64,000 nt of DNA from Salpingoeca rosetta (Eukaryota; Protista; Choanoflagellata), in NCBI GenBank assembly GCA_033442325.1, contig JAWQFM010000001.1:1246745-1310744 (forward strand), written 5' to 3'. Both the position numbers and the translations under genes were made by a program. Below, one piece after another: positions 1 to 17,459 of the stretch (its first letter is position 1; each line of letters begins with the position of its first letter). Under the pieces are notes generated by a model, which saw only the letters and a list, made by a program, of their open reading frames with translations, was not told the origin of the DNA and searched no databases.

Positions 1-1121
1 GTCGTCAACTTGGATGACGAGGACGATGAGGAGGACGAGGACGAGGACGAGGATGGGGGCGAGGAAGGAGGCAATCGAGAGGGAGACGACGGAGTAGCTT
101 CCGGTGTGACAGGGAGCTCTGAGCAACCGCATGAGGCCACGGCCCAGGGGAGCGCCCAACACACCGCTGAGGATGGTGGCGCGAACGCAGCTGCAAGTGA
201 TCAGCACCTGGACAGCACAAGCAGCAATGCCAGCAACGCCAGCACCAGCAGCAACGCCAGCGCAGCACGCAGCAAAGCGAGCGCCCACGCAGCACGTGTG
301 CCCCTCCTGCCGGACCCGTGCTTTGAGGCGCGCGAGTACAGCCAGCGGCTGCCATCTGCGTCGGCGTGCGCCGCCATCCTGCACCACGGCACCGTGGACG
401 ACCGTGCGGGTCTCATGGAGGCCATCATGGTGCGCTGCGCGCAGGAGGACGACTTTTGCACGTCCTTCTTCACCGACGACCTGCTGAATGTGATGGTGCG
501 CCAGGCTGCTTGCCGCGACGTGGCCACGAGCAAGCGGGTGGGCAACTTTGCCATGCGCGCGCTGCTGTATGCTGCAGGAAACATCCACCTGTACCCGCGC
601 CTGCTCAAGCACGCGGGCTTGTTTGGCGCCATTGAGTGCCGGATCCAAGGCAGCGACGTACAGGCGTCTCGGGACGCTGCGCGGCTGCTGAATCAGCTGG
701 CCCGCATCGACCCGGGCACTGGCGACGCCATCATCACCCACAGCAAGAACATGGCGCGCGCATGCGTGCTGCTGCTGGTGCGCGCGGAACACACGGCCAC
801 GCTGCAGCTGTGCTCTGCGCTGGCGGCGCTGCGCCGCAACACGCTGGACCTGAGCCCCTTTGCCGCCAACGAGGAGCTCCTGGCCACCCTTGTGCAGCTG
901 GTGTGCAGCCCCGTCACGTGCTACGACGTGCAGGTGGCGGTGGCGCATGCCCTCAATAACCTCGCCTGCGTGTGCCAGAAGGCGCGCAGTGTGCTGTACA
1001 GCATGCTGCAGGATGCCCCAGCTCCACCACGCGACATGTCCCCAGCCCACTCCTCCGTCCCTCCCAGCCCGAGCCGTGGTGCGGCTGCGAGGGGCGGCAC
1101 AGACACGGGTCCACAGCAGCC

Positions 1122-1160
<39 letters not shown>

Positions 1161-2469
1161 GCAACAACAACTCCCCAGTGGCGGTCACAGCGCTCTCTTG
1201 CGCGGCCGCCGTGCATCCATGCCGTCATCAGCCATGGCACGCGGCAGCCCCCAGGCGTCTCCTCCGAGTGCCGTGCCGCGCATGCCCTCGTCGCCACCGC
1301 CGATCGGCTCGCAACAGGAGGGTCAGGGACAGCACCCAGCACAGCGGGCAGCGCAGCGGTTACGGCGGCGCGGGCAGACGTGTGTTGTGCGCACGGGCGC
1401 ATCGTCCTCCATGGCCATTCCACCAGCTGCACAGCACCTGCTCAAACTGCTTCAGGAGACGCCTGGGAACGGCCAGCAGTCGCTCTTTGGTGGCGGGCTG
1501 CAGCAACACCAGCAGCACCAGCACCAACCGCACGGCCGGACACGGGCCGCGTCTCTCAGCTTGAACTTGCTTCGTGGCATGGCGACTCACTCCTCGGCGC
1601 TCGCTGGCCGCCACAGCTCGTCGCCGTCGTCACCACGTGCGCAGGACGGCAGTGGCATCGGTGGGCATCGGCAGCAGCACGAGGGGCAGCGCCAGCGGCA
1701 CCACAGCGAGCGTGTGCACTCCACAGCAAGCCATGCTGCTGTAATGGACGCGGCAAGTGCCGGGGGCCGCAACATGAGCGAGGCGAGCGAGGAGAGCGGG
1801 AACGGCAGCAGGGAGCACGTCCCACGCCGCGACACGCCAAGGCCCGTGGCGTTTGGCGCTGAGGGTACAGGGCGCGATGACGCGTGGTCCGGCTCGGACA
1901 GCGTCGATGTGGATGAGTATGGTGACGGGGATGATGGCAGTGATGAGGAGCAGCAAGAGGAGCAGGGTAACGCTGCCCGGGGTGGTGCTGCAGATGTGGA
2001 TGACGCAGGTGCGGGCACAATGCAGGAAGGCACATCCTTGCTTGATGAGCCGCCAGTGGCGGTGCCGGCCGATACGGGCCGCCGCCGCGCCACCTCCATG
2101 GGCGCACACGCCATGGTGCTTCAAGCGGCGCGGGAGAGGCTTCTGCAGCAGCAGTGGCACCAGCAGCAACAAGAACAACAACAGCAGCTGCAGCTGCAGG
2201 CGGCCAAAGGGCGGAGAAAGGCCAACACGCTTGCTGCTGCACCCGACCCTGCTCTGCTGTTGCAGCTGCAACGCATGCAGGAGCAAGAGCGGCAGCAGCA
2301 GGGACAGGGACAGGAGCACCCAGGGGGTGTGCAGTCGAGTGCGACCCAGTTTTCGCGCGTCCCTGCGCCCACACCGCGACCTCACCGCCAGCTTCCCACC
2401 CCTGGCCGTGCTCGTGCCCAGACCCTCAGCACCATATCCCGCCACCACAGCGCGCGTCCGCCATCATGA
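1..2469 (+). CDS. ARM/HEAT-repeat protein with long disordered C-terminal tail (5' end lies outside the window)
   Basis: Open frame from the window edge to TGA at 2467-2469. An acidic linker leads into helical ARM-like segments (e.g. ASRDAARLLNQLARID, VQVAVAHALNNLAC), followed by a Q/S/P-rich low-complexity tail. A (GT)n 3' region follows the stop. Confidence 0.7.
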
Positions 2470-2962
2470 TCCCCTCTGTGCACATGTGTGTGTGTGTGTG
2501 TCAGTGTGTCAGTGTGTGTGTGTGTCAGTGTGTGTGTGTGTGTGTGAGTTAGTCTGTGTCTATGTCCTTGTCTTTGTCTATGTGTGTGTGTGAGTTAGTC
2601 TGTGCCTATGTCCTTGTCTTTGTCTCTCTGTGTGTGTCTGTGTGTCTGTGCCGCGTGGCTTCTTTATTGTGCTTTGTTTGTTGATGTCTTTCCGTATCCC
2701 TTTCTGGCCTTCCGTTTCCTCGTGCTCTTGCTTGCTTGCCTGCTTGCACCGTGTGCACTTTCTCTTCGCATCTCATTGTTCACCTTACTTGCTGACTTGC
2801 GTACTTGTTTGCCTGCTTTTGTTGTGGTTGCTTGTCTTTTGTCGTTTGCTGGGATGGCGTGACTGTGATGATGAATGAATCAAATGAACCACTCCTTGAA
2901 CATTGCGACACCGCTGGTTGTTTGATGGCAACCCCACATGACATCACATCACTCACACGCAC

Positions 2963-3053
<91 letters not shown>

Positions 3054-3266
3054 GATGCGGTGTTGGCAGTGTCTGCCCAAAACCCCACACAAAACCAAAA
3101 AGAAGGCACCAACACTTCGCTACCTGCCTTGACAGTCGTCCCACATCGTCGAAAAATGCCGTCACATGACGCGAGCAGCAAGAAGGAAGAGCAGCAAGAA
3201 GTGGCGTGCCAGCGCCACCGCTGCATTTTCCTTGTTTCCGATGACAGAGCAGCGTGTGCATGCACG

Positions 3267-5298
<2,032 letters not shown>

Positions 5299-6054
5299 CG
5301 TCGTAGTCCACGTGCCTGTGCCAGTGCTTCTGCCTCCCGTCTCTTCTATTTCATGTCAATACTTTTGCCTACGCTCTTCTTCACTGTATACGATCGAACC
5401 ACCGTGTTATGACCCTTTGCCCTTCCCTGCCGTTACCTACATTGGTGTGTGTGTGTGTGTGTGTGTGTGTCTGTGTCTGTGTGTCTGTGTCTGTGTGTCT
5501 GTGTCTGTGTGATTGTGTGTGTGTGTGTGTTCAAGTCACCACACCATTGCATTTCATCTCATGACATCACCACTCGCACCCCCATCGCACGACGCCGTTG
5601 TTTGCACACGCTCGTGGACGCGGTGTTCTTCCTTTGTTCTTACGTTAGCTAGGGCTGTCCTCTGCTCTCTCTCTCTCTCTGCGTGTGCATTGTCAATGTG
5701 ATATGACGTGAGCCCACCCCACCACTGCCTGCATTGCTCATTGCTTGTGTGTGAACAAGAAGGCGTTGAGGCCATGGAAAGAGGATGGATGAACTAGGAG
5801 GCACTGAGGTGGGGCGTAAAACGTGTAGTGTGTGGTGTTATCATTAATGAAGTTGGCTCTGCAATGGAACCGAACTGTGGGCATGTTTGTGGGCGTGTTT
5901 GTGGGTGCTTCCTCGAGACATACCATCAACGTACAAGCAAAGCAAACAAGCACATGAGCACTGCCGCAAACGGCAAGTCAAGTCTCAACGCACGGGCTGG
6001 TGGAAGCTGTTGGGCTGTTTGGGAGCATGCCAGACACATCTCTGTCGGGATCTG

Positions 6055-6055
6055 C

Positions 6056-6148
<93 letters not shown>

Positions 6149-6149
6149 C

Positions 6150-6184
<35 letters not shown>

Positions 6185-6235
6185 CAGTGTAGTGTGTGTG
6201 TGTGTGTGCAGTGTAGTGTGTGCGTGCGTGCAGTG

Positions 6236-6307
<72 letters not shown>
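6055..6307. repeat. Long (GT)n microsatellite, representative of dozens of (CA)n/(GT)n tracts in introns and intergenic DNA
   Basis: Direct reading. Similar tracts occur at 2485-2545, 2953-3050, 6940-7100, 8500-8608, 10011-10112, 11630-11848, 42620-42705, 48131-48237, 62376-62478 and 63151-63255, among others. Confidence 0.95.
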
Positions 6308-6309
<2 letters not shown>

Positions 6310-6624
6310 TTGTGTACAGAGTCACAACGGCAAGAGGACCAGTGAGTAAAATGAATGGGTGGCACGGCACGTGTCGCAAGTCAACACATCACGCAGCACA
6401 ATCAGCAACAACAGCAGCAACACAAGACTGGAGCACAGGCAGCACCAGCACCACCACCACCACCAGCAGCAACAGAGAAATGAAGGACATCAAATGGAAT
6501 AGATGCCAGCCAGGGTGAAAACGAGTTGACTCAAACACAATGATAGAATGATGATGCCACATACAAAGGCGAGGCAGCACGCAAGCAATGACGCAAAGCA
6601 CGAGACACAAGGCCAAGTGCTCGG

Positions 6625-9618
<2,994 letters not shown>

Positions 9619-9827
9619 CGCGGTGCTTGGCCTTTGCTTCTTGCTTGCCCTGTTCGCTTGCTTGCTTGCTTGCAGGCAGAAAGAGAAACGGACCGAGAAC
9701 TGAATTCAGTTTACACATCCAAGCACACACAACGACAACGACCAACACCGACAACAACAAAACAATCGCCTCCTCGCCTCCTTGTTGTCGCCTCTGCTTT
9801 CCTGCCTTCCTCCCACCCAACACAACC
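9619..9827. promoter_or_regulatory. Probable bidirectional promoter (sulfotransferase / MOB3)
   Basis: Divergent ATGs only 209 bp apart. The interval contains a (TTGC)n run at about 9657-9672. Confidence 0.55.
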
Positions 9828-10009
9828 ATGTTCCGCGGCGCAAAGGTGTGGAGGTGGTGATGATGGTGGAGAAGGAGGAGGCGGTGGCTGTGATGGAGGA
9901 GAAGGTGGTGGTGCATGACACAGTGTAAGCTTGGTTTATGCAACGCACACAGGCACAACCAAACACACTCAGTCGCTCATTCGCTCATGCCTTCATTCAT
10001 GCCATTGTG

Positions 10010-10073
<64 letters not shown>

Positions 10074-11689
10074 ACACACGCACACACACACACACACGCA
10101 CACACACACACACGCATGCATGCACATCAATAGACGTTTCGGCCCAAGAAGAACTTCAAAGAAGGCACGCTTCGCTATGAGCTGCACAAGAAGGCATCGG
10201 TATGTGGCACGTGGCTATGCAAACCCCGACAGGGAGTGAGGGGGTCGAGTCTGCATGGGTGTCGTTCTTTTCATTTGGACATTTGACTTTCAGCTGGGTG
10301 AGGAGCTCACAATCTTGCTTCCCCCTGTTGCGCGTGTACCTCTATAATTTGGGGCGAGCATAGGCGTCCCTCAACGCCGGCATGGATTTGAAGGGTTGTG
10401 TGCAGCTTCCAGAGGGCGAGGACCTCAACGAGTGGCTTGCCATGCACGGTGCGGCAACTTGTGCGGGTGTGCCTGTGTGTGCCTGTGTGCGTGTGTGTAC
10501 ATGCGGCTGGTTCTGTGCGTGTATGTCTGTATCTGTGTCTATCTTTCTATCTTACACACACACACACACACAATTTCTCTCTCTCTCTCTCGGCTATCTT
10601 CGTGCTTTACCTCATGTCGTCCTTCGCACAATTGTGCCACTCACCACTCCTTTCTGTTTTGCGCATCACAGTGGTGGACTTCTTCAACCGCATCAACCTC
10701 ATCTACGGCACAGTGTGCGACGACTGCACAGACGAATCTTGCCCCGTCATGTCCGGCGGCCCACAGTATGTTCAATGTTCACACACACACGCACATGCAC
10801 GTGCATGGCCACCTTGGTTCATAGCACTCCCCTTTCCACATCATGGACGTCATCCTCTCCCATGTACACACATTCACACAATCGTCGCACCCACAAATGC
10901 AAACACACACGCACACGATAGGTATGAGTACGCGTGGAAGGATGACGTGCACTACAAGAAGCCCACAGTCGTATCTGCACCAAAGGTGAGCCGCCACACT
11001 TCCACGTCGTTGTTGGGCAATATCAACCGCAATGTCCCCTCGATGGTTTCCTTTTGTTGCACAATTTCTGTCGCCTGCCCTCACCCATTCACGCACACAC
11101 TGGTGCACACTTGCCATTCACCGATTGTCATTGCGGTGCTTCCCTGTTGCTACTCAGTACATCACGCTGCTGATGGAGTGGATCGAGACCCTCATCAACG
11201 ACGAGAAAGTGTTTCCACCAGAAGCTCGTGCGTGTGCATTCGTGCATGTGTCTGTGTGTGCGTGCGTGTGTGTTGATGTGCGTTGATGTTGTTGAAGGTG
11301 ATGCTGAAGGTGCTGTTGTTAATGACAGCGTGTGTTGTGTGTATCTTCGTGAGCGGGGCGCTGTTCATGCCATTTCATCAGTGCCTGCACAACCAAAACC
11401 ATCCTCATTATCGATATGCCACAAGGCTGCACATGGACACTGTATTGTGACCCTCACGGCTGCGTCGTTGTTCGATGTGTGCTTCTTGCTGTTTTGTTCA
11501 ACGCAGACATCCCCTTCCCCAAGAACTTCCACAAGATTGTGCAGCAAATCTTCAAGCGCCTCTTCAGGGTGTTTGTGCACGTGTACTACCACCACTTTGA
11601 TCGCCTCACCACCATCGGCGCGGTATGTGTTGTGGTGTGTGCTTGTTTGTGGTGCGTGTGTGGTGTGTTGTTGTGTGTGTGCGTGTGTG

Positions 11690-11724
<35 letters not shown>

Positions 11725-12201
11725 TGTGCGTGTGTGGTGTGTGTGTGGTGTGTGCGTGTGTGGTGTGTTGTTGTGTGTGTGTGTGTGTGGTGTGTGTGTG
11801 TGTGTGGTGTGTGTTGTTGTGTGTGTGTGGTGTGTTGTTGTGTGTGTGTTAACCGTCTCTCGGAGGAAGAACTGTTGTTGCAGCTACATCCTTTTGTTTC
11901 TTTCACGACCTCAATACGATGCGCAACCAGCTCCCATTGTATGCGCTCTGCCTGTCCACGATCACGTGTCATACTTGACCCGCGAGCGCAATTAGTTCTC
12001 ATGCCCTCCTTGTCTTCGCTACCGTGATTGCCGGTGCTATCCTGTGGTCCACACAGGAGGCGCACATCAACACGTGCTACAAGCACTTCTACTACTTTGT
12101 GCGGACGTTTGACCTCGTGCCCGAGAAGGAGCTCCTGCCCCTGGTGCGTCATTCTTTCTCCTCCCTCTCACTCTGTCTTCACACACACACGCACACAACA
12201 C

Positions 12202-12287
<86 letters not shown>

Positions 12288-12542
12288 CTCTGGCTGTGGT
12301 TGTATTTGTTTGTTTTTGTGTCTGCGTTTGGGGCATTATGTACTCCCGTGCACATTGTATGACCAATTGGCTGCTTCCTGTCTCTGCCACGATACGAGCA
12401 ACGCACACTCATGCAAACCCTTGTATCGACCCCACCCTGACCACCATCACGCTGACACCCCTCTCCATCTTGTGTGTGCTTCGTGTCCTTTGCACAGAGA
12501 GAGCTGACGAGACAGCTTCTTCCCAAGGAGGACGCGCTATGA
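9828..12542 (+). CDS. MOB3: MOB kinase activator, MOB3 subfamily; 9 exons
   Basis: Exons 9828-9845, 10134-10199, 10364-10448, 10672-10765, 10922-10985, 11158-11227, 11507-11622, 12057-12143 and 12498-12542 give [107 protein letters not shown], matching MOB3. Confidence 0.95.
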
Positions 12543-13412
12543 ACAACAACAACGACAGCGCACACACACACACACACACACACTCTCTCTCTCTCTCACG
12601 CACACGCGCGCACACACTCACACTCACACACCTGCCATGCCCTGCCGATCCTGCTGCCCAGTCATTGTCTTGTTCTTTTTCGCCTTGCTTTGCGCGCATT
12701 CCTTTCATCCTCATCGCGTTTCCAGAAGCCCAGCTGATATGTGTGGGTGTGATCTGCTTCCTCCCCAACTGCTGTACACGTAAATTCCTTGCCTCTGTGT
12801 GCGTGCGTGTCTTTGTTTGTTTCCTATTGCTGCTGCCTGGTGTCTGCTTTGTGGTGCAGTGCTTGAGGCCTCTGTGTACACCCACGAATACATGCGTACA
12901 GCCGACGCCAGCACGATTGCGCGGATTGTGCCTGTTTGCACGAGATGAGCTCGGTCGTGCGTGCATTTGTGTGGCTGTGAGTGCGTTTGCGTGCATGTTT
13001 GCACGCGCTTTCGCGTGCACGTGTGTGCATACTTGAGCAAGCTACACTCGTTCAACAATCAACGTCACACGAGTGTGTCCTTCCACCCACGTCAAACAAG
13101 GGTGTATTGGGTCGTAATGTAACTAACAGCGGCGGCCTCGCTCGTTTCGCGGAGCTGCCCTAGTTCCAGAATAATGGCTGGGAGTGTAACAACAACAACA
13201 ACAACAACAACAACAACTTCATGAAGCAAGGAAGGACGAAAAGGCTCGTCCAAGGAATTAATGTAACCTTTACAACACAACACACGGGGTTGTGCTTTCT
13301 TTTTTCACCCACAACAAGACACGCACACACGCACACACACACACACATACACACACACACAATACGTTCTTACACACACGCACACACGCACACACACACA
13401 ATACGTTCTTAC

Positions 13413-13457
<45 letters not shown>

Positions 13458-13458
13458 C

Positions 13459-14682
13459 TCAATAAATCTCCATGAGTTCGCGGAGGGACTGCTCGATGCC
13501 GCACATGCGCTGGCGATGCTCCGTCTTGTCGAAGATGGCGCTGATGCGATCCTCCTGCAGCAGGTGCTCCACCACAAAGTCAAACCGGTCAAGCGTCTTC
13601 TCGGAGACGTTATGCTGGAGGATGGTTCGCCACACGCTGGTGACGTAGGCGATGGCCCGCAACAGCTCGCTTGCGTCCACATCAGATATGACGGCCTGGC
13701 GCTGCGTGGCGTCTTGTTCGGACGGCGCAGACAGCTCCACGGCAAGCTGCCGCTGCTTGGCCAGACGGCGATCCCGGCTGAAGCGCACATACAACTGGCA
13801 GAAGGTGATGGTTTCGTCAAACAGGGTTGACGTGTCGAGGTTTGCGGGCAGCGCGTTCTCATGCACGATGATGGCGACGCGGGACGCGAGATCGAAGATG
13901 TATGTCTCCATCTTGCCTCGCACAGATCGCCCGGCCTCGGCCTCAGTGAAGTCCAGCACGTGCGAGATGAGCGCCCGCGCAGCGTCGTCGAGGTACCGCC
14001 GAATCAGGTGCTTGCCAAGCGATGACGTGGCAAATGCGCTGGCCAGCGCCGACTTGAACCTGTACATGCCGCCTGGCGCGCGGCGCAGATCGTCGTCGTC
14101 GTCCTCCGGCAACCTCAGCGGTGGGCGTGCGACGCCGTTTGCCAGCGCAGCCAGCCAGGATCTGCGCTCGTTCTCGGTCCTGACAGCGAAGCAGTGTGAT
14201 CTGGGTTGGTCTGCCCGGCGAATGGCAATGCCAAACCCGGACGGCGCATCGCACGGCTCCACGCTGGCCCCGGCAACGTCCACAAACAAGCGGACGGGGT
14301 CCGCCTTGGCCTGCGTGTGGTGGTAGAAGATGGAGCCGCTGCATAACATGAACCAGCGCCGCTTCCAGGGGCGATCGTCGCCGTTTCGCCTGCACTTCTT
14401 CAACACAAACCCCTCCATGTCTGGTGCTGACAGCTGTCGCTTCACGGATGCGCCATTGGTGTCGGCAGCGAGGTCCAAGTCCAGACCGCGCTCGCTCTGC
14501 TGTCTCGATCGCACGCCGCTGCTGCTCCTGCTGCTGCTGGTGCGGCTACTGCCGTTCACAAGCTGCAACGTGTCTCTTTTCTTCTTTGAAGCCCCTTCTT
14601 TCCTCCACCCTTTCCTTGTCCCCTTCTCTTCCTCCTTCTCCGCCCCTACCGCTGCCGTCATCACCTTCTTCGGCTCACTCAT
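13459..14682 (-). CDS. Intronless PH domain + TNFAIP8/TIPE (DUF758) domain fusion protein
   Basis: PH domain: EGFVLKK..WKRRWFML..FAVRTENERRSWLAAL. The C-terminal ~190 aa align by eye to TIPE (KHLIRRYLDDAARALI..RVAIIVHENAL..DASELLRAI..ILQHNVSEKTLDRFDFVVEHL). ATG at 14682 chosen; the frame is open to 14919. Confidence 0.8.
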   Translation of the reverse strand: MSEPKKVMTAAVGAEKEEEKGTRKGWRKEGASKKKRDTLQLVNGSSRTSSSRSSSGVRSRQQSERGLDLDLAADTNGASVKRQLSAPDMEGFVLKKCRRNGDDRPWKRRWFMLCSGSIFYHHTQAKADPVRLFVDVAGASVEPCDAPSGFGIAIRRADQPRSHCFAVRTENERRSWLAALANGVARPPLRLPEDDDDDLRRAPGGMYRFKSALASAFATSSLGKHLIRRYLDDAARALISHVLDFTEAEAGRSVRGKMETYIFDLASRVAIIVHENALPANLDTSTLFDETITFCQLYVRFSRDRRLAKQRQLAVELSAPSEQDATQRQAVISDVDASELLRAIAYVTSVWRTILQHNVSEKTLDRFDFVVEHLLQEDRISAIFDKTEHRQRMCGIEQSLRELMEIY

Positions 14683-15563
14683 GCTGTGGCCGCGTGGATG
14701 TGTGTGGGCGTCGACGAATGGAGAAGAGCGTTGTCGTTGTTGTCGTTGTCGTTGTTGTGCTCGTGGATTGTGGTGGTCGTTGAGAGGAGGAACAGCACAC
14801 CACAAAAAGTAGTTTCTGTTCTGTGGTGGTTGTGGCGACCCGTTCACGATTCGTCTCTGCTGCTGTCTGCTGTTGCGCGAGCGCGCTTGCGGATTTGTGC
14901 TTAACTGCCAGGCAAGCAAGCAAGCAAGCGTTCACTTGATGATCGTGAAGACTCGCTGGCAAGCAAGTTATTGCTTCAATCAATCAATGCCACGCCAATT
15001 GGCCGTCACTTTCCCTCCGGCTTGATCCCAAAGCAAGAGACACACGCTCCCTGCCACTATTCAGCTGGCTAGCTCGTTGAACGGCGTCAGGGAATCCCCT
15101 ACCACTGCAACCACAACGACAACCTCAAACCACCCGAGACTTCACACGCATCAGCCCTGCAGCATCAGCACCGCATCAACAGCACACCCTCGATCGCTGC
15201 CGCGCATGTTACTGTCGCGACAACCATATCGCCAACCACCGCGGCCGATTTAGCCCTGGTGATTCCACCCGCCTCGTGCGTGCGTGCGAGCGAACCAACC
15301 GCGCCATCCCTGCACTGTGGCGTGCACGTGGGAATCTGCTTGCTTGTCGACCGCACAGCAACGATCATAGCGACAACAACGACTTGTACAACCCCAACCA
15401 ACAACCACTGCGACGACCAACAACCACTGCGACGACCAACAACTATCAACCAAGAACCAACCACCAGCATACAGCGCCTTCATCTGCATCTGTGAACGGC
15501 TGCCCTCTCCCACCCCTGACCTCAGCACCATCATTCTGGAGCCTGGCAGATAGATAGGGCAGC

Positions 15564-15787
15564 ATGGAGGCGGTGAAGCTGACTCCCAAGGGGCGCCAAC
15601 CCCTGCCACTTCACCGTGCTGTGGGTTTACACCTCCATGCTGACACAGACCGAAACATCTGGCTGGTGTCCTCAGACACGAGTGGATTTTGTCCAATCTC
15701 CATACCCGCGTCAGCATCTCACGTACCTGCACATGACAAGAACAGCAAGGACAGCCCAGCACGCGCCGCGTCTGCCGGCCATCACGC

Positions 15788-15877
<90 letters not shown>

Positions 15878-16107
15878 GCAGCAGCAGCAGCCTTTGCACG
15901 CCTTGGTGGAGGAAGCGAGAAGACGACTAGCGTGTCCATTGCCTGCACCCATCGCAACTTTGCCAAATGCATGCATGCGGGCAACCTACCTCAACTCGTG
16001 TGGTGCGGTTCTCGTGCAATCCCCGAGCCAAGTCAAATGCATCCTCCCAGACACAACCACCTATCCCTGTCACAACATCTTTCCATCCCAGGTACGTGAA
16101 CTTGCGC

Positions 16108-16172
<65 letters not shown>

Positions 16173-17422
16173 GGTGTCTGTGTCTGTGTCGGTGTCGGTG
16201 TCTGTGTCGGTGGGTGTGTGATTGCTGACCCGTCCACAGGTGCGTTCGGCCGTGCTTGGAGCTGCACAGCCATCTAGTTTTTGCAAAAAGGCAGAAGTGT
16301 CTTAGCTGTCGCTCACCCCGTTCCATCATTCAACATGCACATGCACTCGTGTGCACACCCATCACCACGTCACGTACTGGACAATGTTTTCCAGGATGTG
16401 GAAGACGAAGAAGCAGATGTTGTCTGCTTTGACTTGTCTGCACAAGACTTTGGCTGCCTGCTGCATCATCTCAACTGGAGCCAACTCGAAGCGAGCATGG
16501 TATGTGCTGGGGGAGCATGGGCCTGATGTCAACTTTGTCGCTACCATTTCAGGCAGCACTGAATGGCCTCGTCCACACCTCTTTGCAATGCTCATCACAC
16601 TCACTCATCCAACTCACTCATCCAACACACTCACATCACACTCACTCATCACACTCATCACACACACACTCACTCATCACCGCCATCACGCAGCGCAACT
16701 CTACGCAGCAGCAACGACAATCGCTCACAGCATTCCTCACCCAATTCCAGACCATCCAATCTGGGTATGTAACACGCCTGCATCTGTGCAGCTGCGCGCT
16801 TGCCATCGATGGGTTGGTTCTCCGGCTGTTGATTGCCCAACGCCTTGTTCCCGCCTCCAGTCCTCTTCACACACACACACACACATACACACACTCTCTC
16901 ACACACACTCTCTCTCTCTGATCTGCCGTGTCCACCCAACACATCCCCTCGCTCACTCACACGCACTCACGCCCACACACATACACACACATATATTTAC
17001 GCACACGCCATACACGCAAATGATACACACAACCTCCACATTCCCCTGCCGGCGGCGACAGGGGTAGCGAGCGTGTGGAGCGCGTGGCTCTCTCCTTGCG
17101 GGCGGCAGAAGCTGCCTGCTTTATTGCTGTGTCGAGCCGCCTCGCAAGCATGGGTGATGCTGCATTGGCTCACCCTCCGTTGTGGTGCGCGCGGGTGCAG
17201 AGCGTGCTTGCAGGCATGGAGGACAAGCTGCGCCAGTCCCAAGCAGGGTTTCTGTTCCACACCACACCAGAAACGCGCATGCAATCGTGTCTACAGCGTC
17301 TGCACACCTTCTCTGCGTGGGGGCATCCAACGCTGTCACCATACGTGCTCGCTGATGCCGGCTTTGTGCACGCGCCAACGGATTCACAGCCGCATCGCGT
17401 GCGCCACTACACCGCCATGTGC

Positions 17423-17459
<37 letters not shown>

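Noticed and set aside
2805-3155. N-terminal extension of the bZIP ORF
   Set aside because: It begins at a non-ATG codon and reads through a (CA)n tract, so it is most likely intergenic DNA or 5' leader.
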